Of a stretch of DNA of 64,000 nucleotides, positions 52,301 to 64,000 are shown one piece after another. The stretch's first letter is position 1. The number at the start of each line of letters is the position of its first letter. The stretch comes from Callorhinchus milii (Eukaryota). Below the pieces are notes generated by a model. It had not been told where the DNA came from. It ran no database searches and was given only the letters and a program-made list of their open reading frames with translations. Position numbers and translations under genes: made by a program. The stretch is taken from assembly GCF_018977255.1 (NCBI RefSeq), contig NW_024704742.1, positions 99,326,001 through 99,390,000 on the forward strand. The letters are read 5' to 3'.

Positions 52301-54345
52301 TCTGCATCTATGACCTCCCAAGACAGCCAATTCCACCTTCTTGTGATCCTTAGGGTGACAAAATATTTCTGAATCTAACTTGCTTCTGTTTAATTAAATA
52401 GGACATTCATTTAGAGTTGTATTTGTTTTCAATATCTGAATATCTACAAGTTAATCTAACCTACTTATTGCCTTGTCTGCTTGTTAGTTATTATATTGGC
52501 ATATCAGTTGTCTTATTTACCTTTTACAGAACCTGCCTCAGAACCGCCTAGCATTATACTAGCGCTTATGAACCTATGTATAGAAAATAATAAACAGGTT
52601 GAAGCGAAAGCACATTTTACATGAGAGTTTCAATGAAAGAGATTGAAAGAGTGCCAAATAGAACCATGGTAATTATAATACAGAAGGAGGCCAATCAAGC
52701 CAAACCTGTGCCACTGGCCTCACTGGAGCCAACTACTCTGATCCCAATTCCATGCTGTGGAAAATGCTGTTAGGAACCCCCAATTCCAGAGCGTGCCTTG
52801 GGGTACTGTTGGAGTTTAACCAGCTAAAAGTGTTTTGAGACGTCCTCCTGATGTGAAGGCATCATATAAAAAGCAACAATTATTATTTAAATACTTGCAT
52901 TGACAAGAACATAGAACTGATGAAAGTTCTGGATTGAGGTATCTAGTTTCTGTCTACATGAAGTACATGAGAGTTAAAAATGATCAATGTGTTTATAAGA
53001 CCTGTGGGCATTCTCTTTACCCATTTTTAGCCATATTCACAGCTCAGTCCTTTCAAGAAGAAACAAATATTTATACAATGTGCAACTATATAGGCCCCAA
53101 TAAGTAGAGAACTCATAATAGACTGATTATATAAGAGTTATGCTATTATGTTCCAGCCATTAGGTATTTTACAGAATACATAGGTTCTGAATGCTTTGGC
53201 ATGTTGCCTAGAGTGCAGTTTTTAAGACAGAAACAAAGTGATTTATAATGAAGAAGAGAGACATGAGGCATTTGTACTTATATTTATTATTGTTAGTGTT
53301 CATAATGTTTAATTTAGTTTCATTTTTCATCGACAAATTTATTTGATTTGACACTTTTGAGGTAATTTTCAAATTTCCCAATATCTGCTCATGGAGCTAA
53401 TGATATCAGAGTAACCTACAACGCACAAGTCAATTTATTGAAGCCTAATGAACAAGAGATGTAATAGATTCTGTGCCAAGCTTTGCAACATCCATACTCA
53501 TTATTTTTTACACTTCCTGCAATATATATATATATATAAAATAACACTCAGAGGTGTGCATTATTTAAAGGCCTTTCCTAAATGGTGGTCGCTTCTCACA
53601 GACCATTTCTTTCAAACCTTAAAAAAAGCAAAATCAGCCAAGGGCAATATTTCATCCAGCCCATTATTCTTGATGCAATTGGAATGATTACAGCAACTGT
53701 GACTGAAGCAATTCTACCCTTTTACCTATTTACCATTAAGCACCACAGGTGTCATGAATACACAAGGAGGAGTATGCTTGGTTGGAACACGATGAGACAT
53801 TCAACGTATATACTGTTGCTAAAATGTCCGATGACCATCAGGTGTTATTCATCTAAGAACTGATGACTGGCTTAAGTTACCTAAAAACAATGTTAGACAC
53901 TGCTTCCAAGCTGATAAAAGTCCAGTATTCTTCACTCACATTCCTCACTCATGCCAAACAAAATCTTTCCAATGGAAAGATTTCAGAAGCTCCAACTATT
54001 GTACCAAAGCTGCAGGGGTGTTCAGACCAAAAAGCAGTCAATAATTATTGACTGAAAATGATCTGTTGATCTATAATGAATAATTTTGTAAAATATGGCC
54101 GCAAGGAGACAAATAATTGAAAGGGNAAAAAATTAAAGGAGGAAAATTGACATTGGAACAAAGCTTTGAAAAAAACCCTCTTGTGCCTTATCCATCAGTC
54201 ACAAGTGAAGGTCAGGGATCAGGGAGGGATATTGGAGGAGGTGGTTGGTGGTGGAGAAGAGATATTTGGGGTTCCCTTTGCTCTCAGGAATGACCCCGGA
54301 ATAATGGAAGTGCTTGGCTGGACAGAGGGAGAGGCCACAATGCTT

Positions 54346-54672
54346 GAGTCCTGTAGCTCAGTGGTTAGAGCACTCGCCTTGCAAGCGAGACACCTGGGTT
54401 CAATTCCAGGCAGGGCGAAACCTTGGGCAAGTTTCCTTACTCCACACACCTAATAATAATCCCTCCAACAAACAAAAAACAATAATAAATTGGTCATTTT
54501 CAATCCAAGACTGTTTGTGGGACACTGCTGTGCGCAATTGGCTGCCGCATTTCGCCCACAAATATACGGTCAATTCACTTTACAGTCTATTTTGTGAAGC
54601 GCTTTGAGACGTCGAGAAGACGTGAAAAAGCGCTATATCAAATGCAAGGATTATTATTATTATATTATTATT
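54346..54672 (+). mobile_element. Full-length young tRNA-Ala SINE (GAGAA-loop variant)
   Basis: Same structure as the other full copies. Confidence 0.95.
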
Positions 54673-55659
54673 GATGTTGCTAAACCATAGCTGGTGGTGA
54701 TACCAGTCCAGTTGTACTCAAGTGCACTGTACCTCACAGACTTTGGATTTATGTCCATGGAGCTGACCTCTGTACCAGGTAGGAGTGAGAGACAATCAGT
54801 AATCCAGTGGGGATGAGGATCGCAGATATCTAACCTGCAGTTCTATGCTTGTAAATTTGATTTCTGGCTTTAAACATTCCTGCAACTGCAGCAGTGAAAG
54901 CATGTCAGGCTGGAATAGCCTGGCAACAGAGGAGCTTGGTTTCCTCTGACCCTGCTCTACTTAGGCTGGTTTTATAGATGCAGGGGAAATCAAATGTGCA
55001 CTCAGTAGTGGAAATTAACAGTGTAAATGCCATTGAGTAACTCAGGCAGAACAGCCTGTTAAAGTGAATTGTGCGACATTTGTGTGTAAGCTAGGCAAGG
55101 TGAGAAATGCTTATTTTACTATAATACTCACGGAGTTCTGTATTAATCAGATGCATAAATCAGCAATTAGGTTTTCCTTATTTTCCTGTTGAGCTACACC
55201 CACTGAAGACTTTTCAATTTTGTTCTGTGCCATTTGTGAAAAGCCCTGCAGAGTTTTATTTGTGCAGTTTCAACAAGTAGATATGTTAAGGCACTTTGAA
55301 GATGATTTTTCATACCACTAATTAGAATGTCTTGTTTTTCCTCACCGCTTTTTCTCAACAATTTTCCTTAATACTGTACCTGTGAAATAAATACTATAAT
55401 GTAATATGTGCACATGCTGTATCTTCCTGCTTTACTTTAAACGTCTGCAAATGAGCAAGGGAAGTAAATTTGATCATTGTTGCAAGTCCATTGTGCACAA
55501 ATTACATTAAAGCTACGTGGCTTTGGTGCAATATCATAGCAACAACAACAAATTACATTTGTACAGTGCCTTTCGCGTCAGGAGGACGTCCCAAGGCAAA
55601 TTATAGCTCCGGTATGAGAAGTTCTCACCGTAAGAAACAATAAATCTATGCAATAACAG

Positions 55660-56020
55660 TTAGTGACATCCCCATTCTCTCGTCCACCCACAAAGAAATA
55701 ATTGACATCCCCATGGTAATAATCCTTGCATTTGATATAGCGCCTTATCATGGCATTGAGACGTTGGAAAGCATTCCCAGGATATACCGTAAAGTGCAGT
55801 GACTCTGTATTTTGTAGGCAAACACAATAGCCAATTTGTGCACAGACAGCCATGCTCTTCTCCTCTCACAATGAAAATCATTGACATCCCCATTCTCTCC
55901 CCCCACAATAAAAATTAACAACATCCCCATTCTCTCCTGCCCCACCATGAAAATCAGTGACATCCCGATTCTCTCCTTCCCTCCCCTCACATCAAAAATC
56001 AGTGTAATCCCCATTCTTTC
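55660..56020 (+). repeat. Degenerate ~40-bp minisatellite interrupted by an antisense SINE tail (55717-55853)
   Basis: About 6 units of tgacatccccattctct(c)n..cacaatgaaaatca. Confidence 0.85.
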
Positions 56021-58997
56021 ATTCACATCCTATTCAGCCATGCATTCCTCTGACTCCCCAAACTCCATCAGCACTAATATCAACCTTCTGGGTGAACAGT
56101 TAATGATTCGTGCATTGGACAGTTTCCTAAAACATACACATGTGCCTTGTCAAAGAAAAGTGCTTGTTTTGCTTTATTGTGCTTTTCTCGTTTTCCACAG
56201 GGTTTACTGTAAGTTCAATCCAGGACAAGTTTTTCTCCCCCAAACTGACAAATTGCAGCCAATTCCTGAGTTTTGACAATTGCCAGATGTGCGCTTAGGA
56301 CAGTTCCACAAAATTGCAGAAAATCTTTGCCAAATTGTTTTCTTCCTGTAACTTTATTGAGTTCATGTAAGTGTGACTTTTGAAAAAAATTTGCAAAGCA
56401 CAAAAACAAAGCAGGATAGCTTGAAGGCGTGCGTATGTGTGCGTGTGCTTGTGGTGTGCGTGTGCCGTGGGGGTTTGTGTGTATGTGTGTGTGTGGAACA
56501 ATCTTAAATCCAGCACCTTGGGACGTCCTCCCAACGTGAAAGGCATTACACAAATGTAATTTGTTGTTGATGTTATTAAAACAATGCTTCAAAAATAAAA
56601 TAAAACTTGAAATATTTTTTATTTTTGTTCCTCATTCTGTAGAGGTATTACAATAGTAGATGCTATATTTGGTGAAAATTAATGTTTTCATGGCTATTAC
56701 CCAATCACTGGTGGAGTCTGTGAGGAGGTGTAATCTAATCTGTCCCCACATTAGTTTTCTCTCATTGTTTAGGAAAAGATTTGAGTCTCCCGTCACTCCA
56801 GATGTATGGAATAGGAACAGCCTTGTCACTCAGCGTCTCATTTGCACTTAGCAGAAGGTAATCCACACACAAAAGAAGCTGGCATCTCATTCAAAATCAA
56901 CAGCACAGCCAGGGACTTTTAGAAATCTGCAATTAGAGTAATTTGCACATCCTTCTAGTGTAAACATTGTGGAGGAATAAGAGGGGAGAACTTGCCATGT
57001 GTTTTCAAAGGCAAGTGGTCGGAAATTTTAAATAGGCTTCACTCAATCTTAAGTGGACAGAGAAATCTTTCTGTACGTCTCAGGACCTTTGACATGAGAA
57101 AATAAATTAATAACTGGAAAAGATTGTCTGCATTGCATTATTAGTTTGTTTATCTTCCAGGATCAAGCTTCAGTAATAGATTGACAGACTACAGTCACAG
57201 CTGTGGATTCAGGTTTCAAATGTCTGGTCTATTTTTTCTCTGGTTGGGGTATTGATAGATGCATTTTCCATCATCATCCGATTAGCCTGACAGCTTGGTA
57301 TCAGGCAAGTGCCTTTCTAAGCTGAAGTAAGAGCACTGACTGAGCTCTGAAAAACAACCCCTTGGTATTAATAAATGTCATTCTCAACTCTTGGAGCAGT
57401 TGGCCATGAATGCAATAAAGAAGCCAGCTTTTTTTTTGATCCGTCCACTGGGACCCAGTTTCCTCTGCTCCAGCCCACAATCCACAATCTGGCTCAAGAT
57501 AAATGTACAGCATTCCATTAATAGGATCAGAAATAAACTAGTGTAACTGCTAAACCTCATTGCTGTTCGTATTGTTTCTCAATCTTCATTTGGTTTTGAC
57601 TCGCAGATTTTATTTCATCTTTTTTTTCTCATTTTGAGTTAATCCATATGAAATTTACATTGGGCTGGAGCCATTTTTCTGTTTTCAATAAAGTGAATAG
57701 CAGGCAAATTGAACAGATAAATTGAGAATACAGATGGCCATTATGAAGGAAACGTTGTTTGGTTCCCTGAAATTACAATAATGATGCCCCCAGATGATTC
57801 CTGAGTCTGTGTTTCCAATGTGACAGATTTATATTGCCATAATTCCCTGCTGGATTTTTGTCAACTCCTATCACATAGCTGCTGGATATACTGGAGAGCT
57901 AAGAGGAAAGCTGCATGAATGTCACAGTAGAAACTAACTGCAGTTCTCTTTATCCTTTCATTAGGGATTGTACGCTGGAGAGTGAGTAGTGGTTTGGAAC
58001 AATGCTGACTTTTTTTACAATAGACACAAAAATTAATTAGTTTTTTTCCCCCACGCAAATAAAGATATGAAGAGAGGATTTTATTTTCTCCTCAGTCATA
58101 CCCAGGACACTTGAGTGATTTTAATTGCCTGAGAGGTTATGACTTAATTTTAATCCAAATGCCTCTTCAAGTCGTATGTAACACATGAAATCTCATACTC
58201 ACATTTTGCACCCAGTCAATTAATTTAACAAGACTGGGGTCGTCAATTCTGGTTTCTGCACAGCACGTTAAAGAAAAAGAAATATTTCCCTGTTTCTTTC
58301 CATTGCAGTCCCTGTTTATCAAAATAATAAAGCTATTATACGATCTGCTGCAGGCTAGAGATATTCTATTTCCATAACATTACCGTATGCTGTGTGTTTT
58401 TTTCATTCTGCACATTATACGTCTTTAAATTCACATCTGAATTCAGTTTAAGAAACAAATTGCTTATGCTTATGAAGGCTTAAATATTTTCATATGCCAT
58501 TTGCGAGGTTCGTTGATCAGATTTTTTTAAGGTACGCAGCAGCGAGCAACTTGCTTCACAGCTGAGTAAGATCACAAAATGAGAGGATCATTACTGACAT
58601 GAAACTGATTCCTGTTTGTTTGTGTGCTCACAGAATGCTCCCTTTCGAGTTCTACCTGAGTGCCAGAATGTCACAGATAACAGCAATATGTGGCAGGCAT
58701 TATCTAACAAGAATTCCCTGCAGAGATTGAAACCCCGCTTGTCATTTTTACTGTAGATTATAGCAGCCACAAGTGAGTAAACGCTGACACTGCTCCTGTT
58801 ATGTGGATCTAGTTTTAAAAAAAATACACCTAATTTGGCAGGCTCTCCTTTTTTGTTTATCCTATGATGATATACATCGAATGAGGTAGGCCTTCCCCGC
58901 ACATACATACGGAGAGAAATTTCACCTGGGCCTAGATTTACTTTATTTTTATTTTCTAGGATTTTGCAAATTCTTTATTACAATCTTAGTTGTGAGG

Positions 58998-59137
58998 GAT
59001 AGAGGGATTAAGGGATATGGGGATAGGGCAGGTAACTGGAATTAGGTTAGAAGATCAGCCATGATCTTATTAAATGGCGGGGCAGGCTCGAGGGGCCGAA
59101 TGGCCTACTCCTGCTCCTACTTATGGTCATATGGTCT
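58998..59137 (+). mobile_element. CR1/HER1-type LINE 3' tail typical of cartilaginous fishes
   Basis: gatcagccatgatcttattaaatggcggggcaggctcgaggggccgaatggcctactcctgctcct followed by (tatggtc)2. Confidence 0.8.
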
Positions 59138-59467
59138 CATGGAAGCTGGTTTTCAACTACAACTTGCATTTATATAGTGTTTCTTATGCTGGGTAGCATC
59201 TCAGAGCACTGAAGCTCACTGACCAGACCTCACTGTCCCTCGGAAAATGGGGAATGAGTCTTGGAAAGTTAGGTAATATTTAAATAAATCTGAGGAAACT
59301 GGGCAATGTCTAACCACTCAGTAATAATTCCCAGGCAAACTACCATTCAACTCAATCCACTGTCTACATTATGCAAAATACTGCAGATGCTGGAAATCTG
59401 AAACAAAAACAAAAAGTCGCTGGGAACACTCAGCAGGTCAGGCATCGTCTATGGAGAAAGGAAAGTG

Positions 59468-59504
59468 AGTCAACTTTTCGGATCCATGACCCTTTGTCAG
59501 AACT
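59468..59504 (-). ncRNA. Minimal hammerhead-like motif, core mutated
   Basis: Minus strand agtt-ctgacAa-a-gggtc-atg-gatcc-gaaa-agtt-gact; the second G of the CUGANGA core has become A. Confidence 0.55.
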
Positions 59505-59685
59505 GGGGCATGTTGGAAGAGAGAGGCTTTTAAGGGCAAACAGAGAGGGGAGAGGCAGGGCAAGGAAGACAAGGAGAAAATGGGGTAGAGGACAGGGGAT
59601 GATGGGTTAAAGAGGAGTTAATGATGCAAAACAAAGGGCAATTGCAACAAAACTGGGGAATAGCCTCGCCCTCCCAACATGCCCC

Positions 59686-59722
59686 AGTTCTGACGAAGGG
59701 TCGTGGACTCGAAAAGTTAACT
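59686..59722 (+). ncRNA. Minimal type-I hammerhead ribozyme-like motif
   Basis: agtt (stem I) CTGACGA a gggtc-gtg-gactc (stem II) GAAA ag TT aact (stem I'). Confidence 0.65.
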
Positions 59723-59804
59723 CACTTTCCTTTCTCCGTAGATGCTGCCTGACCCATTGAGTGTTCCCAGCAACTTCTGTTTTTGTTCCACTGTCTACAT
59801 TGTT

Positions 59805-60118
59805 ATAATAAATAATAATAATCATCCTTGCATTTGATATAGCGTTTTTCACTCGATGTCTCAAAGCGCTTCACAGAATAGACTGTAAAGTGAATTGATC
59901 ATATATTTGTGGGTGAAACGCGGCAGCCAATTTCACACAGCATTGTCCCACAAACAGTCATGGATTGAAAATGACCAATTTATTATTGTTTTTTGGAGGG
60001 ATTATTATTAGGTTTGTGGAGTAAGGAAACTTGCCCAAGGTTTCGCCCTGCCTGGAATTGAACCCAGGTGTCTCGCTTGCAAAGCGAGTGGTCTAACCAC
60101 TGAGCTACAGGACTCCAC
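59805..60118 (-). mobile_element. Full-length young tRNA-Ala SINE
   Basis: Reverse complement of the consensus with a small deletion in the 3' stem-loop; possible 4-bp TSD tgtt. Confidence 0.95.
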
Positions 60119-62880
60119 TGTTGAGACCAGTTTCCAAACCAGCCATTCAATGCCCATGGAAGCTTTGCAAAGTTGGAGCATTTCAAATCTATCATCAGAT
60201 AGGAGTTAACAGTTAAATGACTCTACACATCATGAAGGAAAGTCTTGACTTGTTCTTGAGAATTATATTTTCTTTCTGGTGATTCTACCAGGAAGGCCAA
60301 TAGATCTAGAAATAGAATTTAAGAAGTTTGATGCTCAGCCATTTTGAATGCCTGTTTTGTATAGAAAGTATCTGCTGCAGATCGTTTGTGGAAGGAGAGA
60401 AGCTGGTGTTTCCTCAACCCAGCAATTCTTTAAAAAAGCTTCTTTCGCAAAATAAAAATGATAATAATCCTTGCATTTGATACAGCACCTTAACATGTCT
60501 GTAAGGGTCCTGCTGTGTAAACCATCACTTCAAGGATTAAAAACAAAAATCCAACTGCAACCTATTCTCCATATTTAATCGTAACATTATTTAAGATATG
60601 TTACTTTGCTATTTGTTTGTTTGTAATCATGAGGGAAAATAAAGTCTGATGAAGAAATGTTCCAAATGTTAGGATCTTGTTTCTGTCATTTACCCTCTTT
60701 CACATGTTTGAACACTGGCCAGACTGCTGGGAAGCTGGCTCTCTCTAGTGCATGAATCATTATTGCAATATTCATCATTTTAAGGGAAGAAAAAGCATGA
60801 TGTCTGCAATCTACAAAGGAGACTTCAGTCATTAAAGGAATAATAAATGACACACCACTGAAAAGTACCAGAGCCAGTGCTTTTGTACATTAGGCGAATG
60901 ATAGAGCAGTTGCATGAATTTTGTGGAAAAGAAATGAAATGGAATGTACAAATTAATGTTTTTATTGTATAACCTATTGAATGCAGCCAGCTCTTCTGAA
61001 ATTGTTCCATTAAATGTTTATGAATAATTCATGAAGTTAGAGTCTCACAACACGATTTGCCTTCAGGTTATCTGCAAATAATAAGTCTCTTCCTTAACTT
61101 TATCTATCTATGTGTCTGTCTATCTACCTACCTACCAGCTTTCTTTTTATGTTTAAGTCTCACTCTCTTGCTATATATGTCATGTTCCCTTTCTCTCTCT
61201 GGGTCATGGTTAGGGTGACCATACATCCCCATCTCCAGGATAGTCCCGATAAAGTATTGTTCCCTGGCCAATTTTGCACTATCTTGAGTTCTACAATAAC
61301 CTTAGCAAGAACAATAGTTTCTAAAACAAATGCACTCATCAGAGAAATAGCCATTAATTACTACTCTTTGCCAAGCCATTTCCCTCTCTAGGCTACAATG
61401 TCTCTCTCACACACTTTTGTTTCTGTATACATCTTTTTCTGGTCATTTATGTCTCTTTCTTTATCTTGCTTCTCTTTCTGTCGGCATCAATGTCTCTTTT
61501 TCTTTCCTTACTTCGCCCTTTCACTTTTCCACCTTGTCCAGTCATTTGCTTTCAATCTTCCCAATGCTTTGAATGAAAGACTGAGGAGTTAAATAGTCAG
61601 TGTAAGAATTCATGACCAGGACAGTGGGTTTGGGAAACAGTAATAGTTTTGAGCTGCAACGTTACTTTTCTCATCTGTGCTATCCCTCCTCTTTTGTCTT
61701 TCTCATCAGTTATAAGTAAAGCGAATCTGAATATTGGCAGTGACTGAGTTCATTAGCATGTGTTTACCACACACACTTGGCATAAATTATCAACCAGGCA
61801 ATAATACATGCAACGTTAGTAAGTGGTGTGGTTGAAGGAGATGTTAGAGGAGACGGCACAGTCTTTCAGCCCTGGCTAAGTGACATTTTTGATTTCCTGT
61901 CACCTGGACCAAGTGGATAATGGAAGGAATAATAAAGATCTGGGGGCTACTGTGCAGTTTACCCCTGATTTGAACAGTAAAGGTGTTTTCAACCATTCTT
62001 ACTTTGTTCAGCGAGCTTGCTTAGGGATTATTGCAGTTTGTGCATTTAAGAAAATTGCACTTGAGTGATACACTAAAGGTAACAGGCCATGAAGCATACG
62101 TGTCTTGTGCTGAGGATGACAGCCTGAACTATAGAGTCTGCTTCTAAATCCCAGGTCCTCTTCTAAATCTGTCACTGTATTTTTTTCAGTCCTTTCGATT
62201 CATCATCTTTCAGTCACCACCTTACCTCTCCTGCCACACCACAGTGTGAGGCATGTCAAAGAATACAAAGCCTTCATTGTCCCAGGTGGACATTAACATG
62301 GAGCTGTCATAATCCCAGGGAACATTACAATGGGCTGCACACTCTGCGTATCAATTTTATTCTACATTCTCCTTGAAATGTAATTACCATTTGTGTTTCT
62401 GAATTACGCAGCAAATGCCTTTGTGCTTCAACAGCAGTTGCTGAGTGCAGCCTTGCTCTGTGATGCTCTTCCCTTCGCTACCTCCCCCCCCCCCCCCCCC
62501 CCCGCCTTCCCTCAGCAAGGTGTTCCTGAAGGTAACAGTTTATAAATAAATCTCTGCGATTTACACTCCTGTGTGTAATGAATTGCTCAGCGTGGGCCGA
62601 GATAGTGGCAGCAGCACCAGGAAAAACAAAACAAGCCTGCTCAGCGCAGCAAACACTGCATTAGTCTTCCTGTAAGATTAATGTAATGTGATTTCTAAAA
62701 GTCTTGCACAGAAACAGTGGGAATAAAATTCTCATTTCCAGGACAACACTGCGGTGATACTGCACACCAAGCATTTTCAACCAATTATTATGGCCTAAAA
62801 TAACCACCAATATTTGCAATTATTTTTAAAAGATAAAATCACATCAGTGTTACAGTAAAATAGAGTACACCCTGGCCTCT

Positions 62881-63252
62881 TATAATAATAATAAATAATA
62901 CTAATCATTGCATTTGATATTGTGCCTTTTTACGTCTTCAAGTCGTCTCAAAGCGCTTTGCAGAATATACTGTAAAGTGCAGTGACTGTATGTTTTGTGG
63001 GCGAAACGCGGCAGCCAATTACTCACAGTAATGTCACAATCAGTCGCGGATTATATGAACAAATTATTTTTTAAATTTATTTTGAAGGAATCCGCCAATT
63101 GACTAACAACCAGGTTTCTATTTATTGCTTGGTAAACAGAGGTGCGTGTGGAGTAAGCAAACTTATCCAATGTTTCACCCTGCCCAGGAATCAAACCCAG
63201 ATTGTCTCGCTTGCGAGGTGAGTGCTCTAATCACTGAGCTACAGGACTCCAC
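62881..63252 (-). mobile_element. Long-form tRNA-Ala SINE
   Basis: Intact head plus extra segment at ~63090-63143 (minus: cctctgtttaccaagcaataaatagaaacctggttgttagtcaattggcggatt) and tail. Confidence 0.9.
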
Positions 63253-63379
63253 AATAGACACACACACTGCCTCTTGAAGTTAACTTCTGTATCTCCTATG
63301 AGGCTAATCGGGTCATTGACATGACATTTGTGAATTATCTCGTCAGCTTGACTTGCAAAGGTGTTTGTCACATCTCACT

Positions 63380-63580
63380 ACTGATTGCGGTACATCCTCG
63401 GCATATTCCTACCTATCTCTGATCTTCACTTATTCCACTCTTCTGCTCACTGCTCCGTTAGGCTAACTCAGGTCTACTGCAAGTCCTGTGTCTCCTCAGT
63501 AATCACCATTGGTGGTCGAGCATTCAGCTACTATGCCCCCAACCTCTAGAACTCCCTTTGTCTACCCCTCCATTTCCCAA
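63380..63580 (+). mobile_element. Old L2 ORF2 3' fragment
   Basis: PTYLSDL...TIGGRAFSYYAPNL*NSL. Confidence 0.75.
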
Positions 63581-63794
63581 CCTTCTGCCCAGAGGTGAGT
63601 CCAATTCCATCTGAACCAAGCTCATAGCAATGGCCTCCCCAGTGTGTGTGATTTATACATGATTAGAATAACTTATTTTATTTGATCAGCTGTTGACAGC
63701 AACTTGTTGACTTGACAATGTTCAATAAATATCAATAATCACACCTAGATCCTTTTCCTTGCCAATATCTGTTAATGGACACCTCTTCACTCTG

Positions 63795-63965
63795 TGCACA
63801 TGTTTACTGATTCCTGCACCAACATACATCATCTTACATTTATCCACATTAAAATCCATCTGCCACTCCTTGGCCCATCTGCTTAAATGGTCCAGATGTT
63901 CCTGCTATTTATTCTTCATACCTTTGTCCCCTTCCTGCATAACGTGTGTTGTCAACAAATTTTAC
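63795..63965 (-). mobile_element. CR1 reverse-transcriptase fragment
   Basis: KFVDNT (cf. KFADDT)...QEHLDHLSRWAKEWQMDFNVDKCKMMYVG. Confidence 0.9.
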
Positions 63966-64000
63966 ATTGCAGGAAAGTGCTCCCTTCAAGATATTTAGGA

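Larger units (their letters stand above)
59371..59786 (-). mobile_element. Non-autonomous Penelope-like insertion with inverted arms and 15-bp TSD
   Basis: Arms 59401-59528 and 59662-59788 are reverse complements (about 85-90% by eye); tccactgtctacatt at 59356-59370 and 59787-59801; hammerhead motifs in both arms. Confidence 0.85.

Noticed and set aside
54126..54126. Single N base
   Set aside because: Assembly ambiguity, not biology
53640..54340. Possible very old LINE RT remnants
   Set aside because: Motif resemblance is too weak to assign by eye
55660..56020. CRISPR-like repeat-spacer appearance
   Set aside because: Units are degenerate, spacers are related to each other, there are no cas genes and the context is vertebrate; it is a minisatellite

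Overview
Eukaryotic, AT-rich, repeat-dense non-coding DNA (large intron or intergenic). The repeat content (tRNA-derived and Deu-domain SINEs, L2, CR1/HER1-type tails) suggests a cartilaginous fish, possibly a chimaera; this is inference only. No intact protein-coding gene is visible, and the ORF track is mostly repeat-derived or chance. Contents: (i) a young ~320-bp tRNA-Ala(TGC)-headed SINE with at least 7 full copies plus 3 longer, older copies; (ii) many older Deu-domain SINEs; (iii) 3' fragments of L2 and CR1 LINEs; (iv) a decayed PIF/Harbinger (HARBI1-like) transposase at ~28.7-29.4 kb; (v) a 416-bp Penelope-like insertion at 59.4-59.8 kb with inverted arms, a 15-bp target-site duplication and a minimal hammerhead-ribozyme motif in each arm; (vi) five short local duplications (41-200 bp, direct or inverted, 0.5-1.1 kb apart). 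Weaker signals are a possible minus-strand first exon (~34.1-34.2 kb), a possible 8-nt microexon and several repeat-free candidate regulatory blocks. All calls were made by eye without searches, so boundaries of old repeats are approximate.
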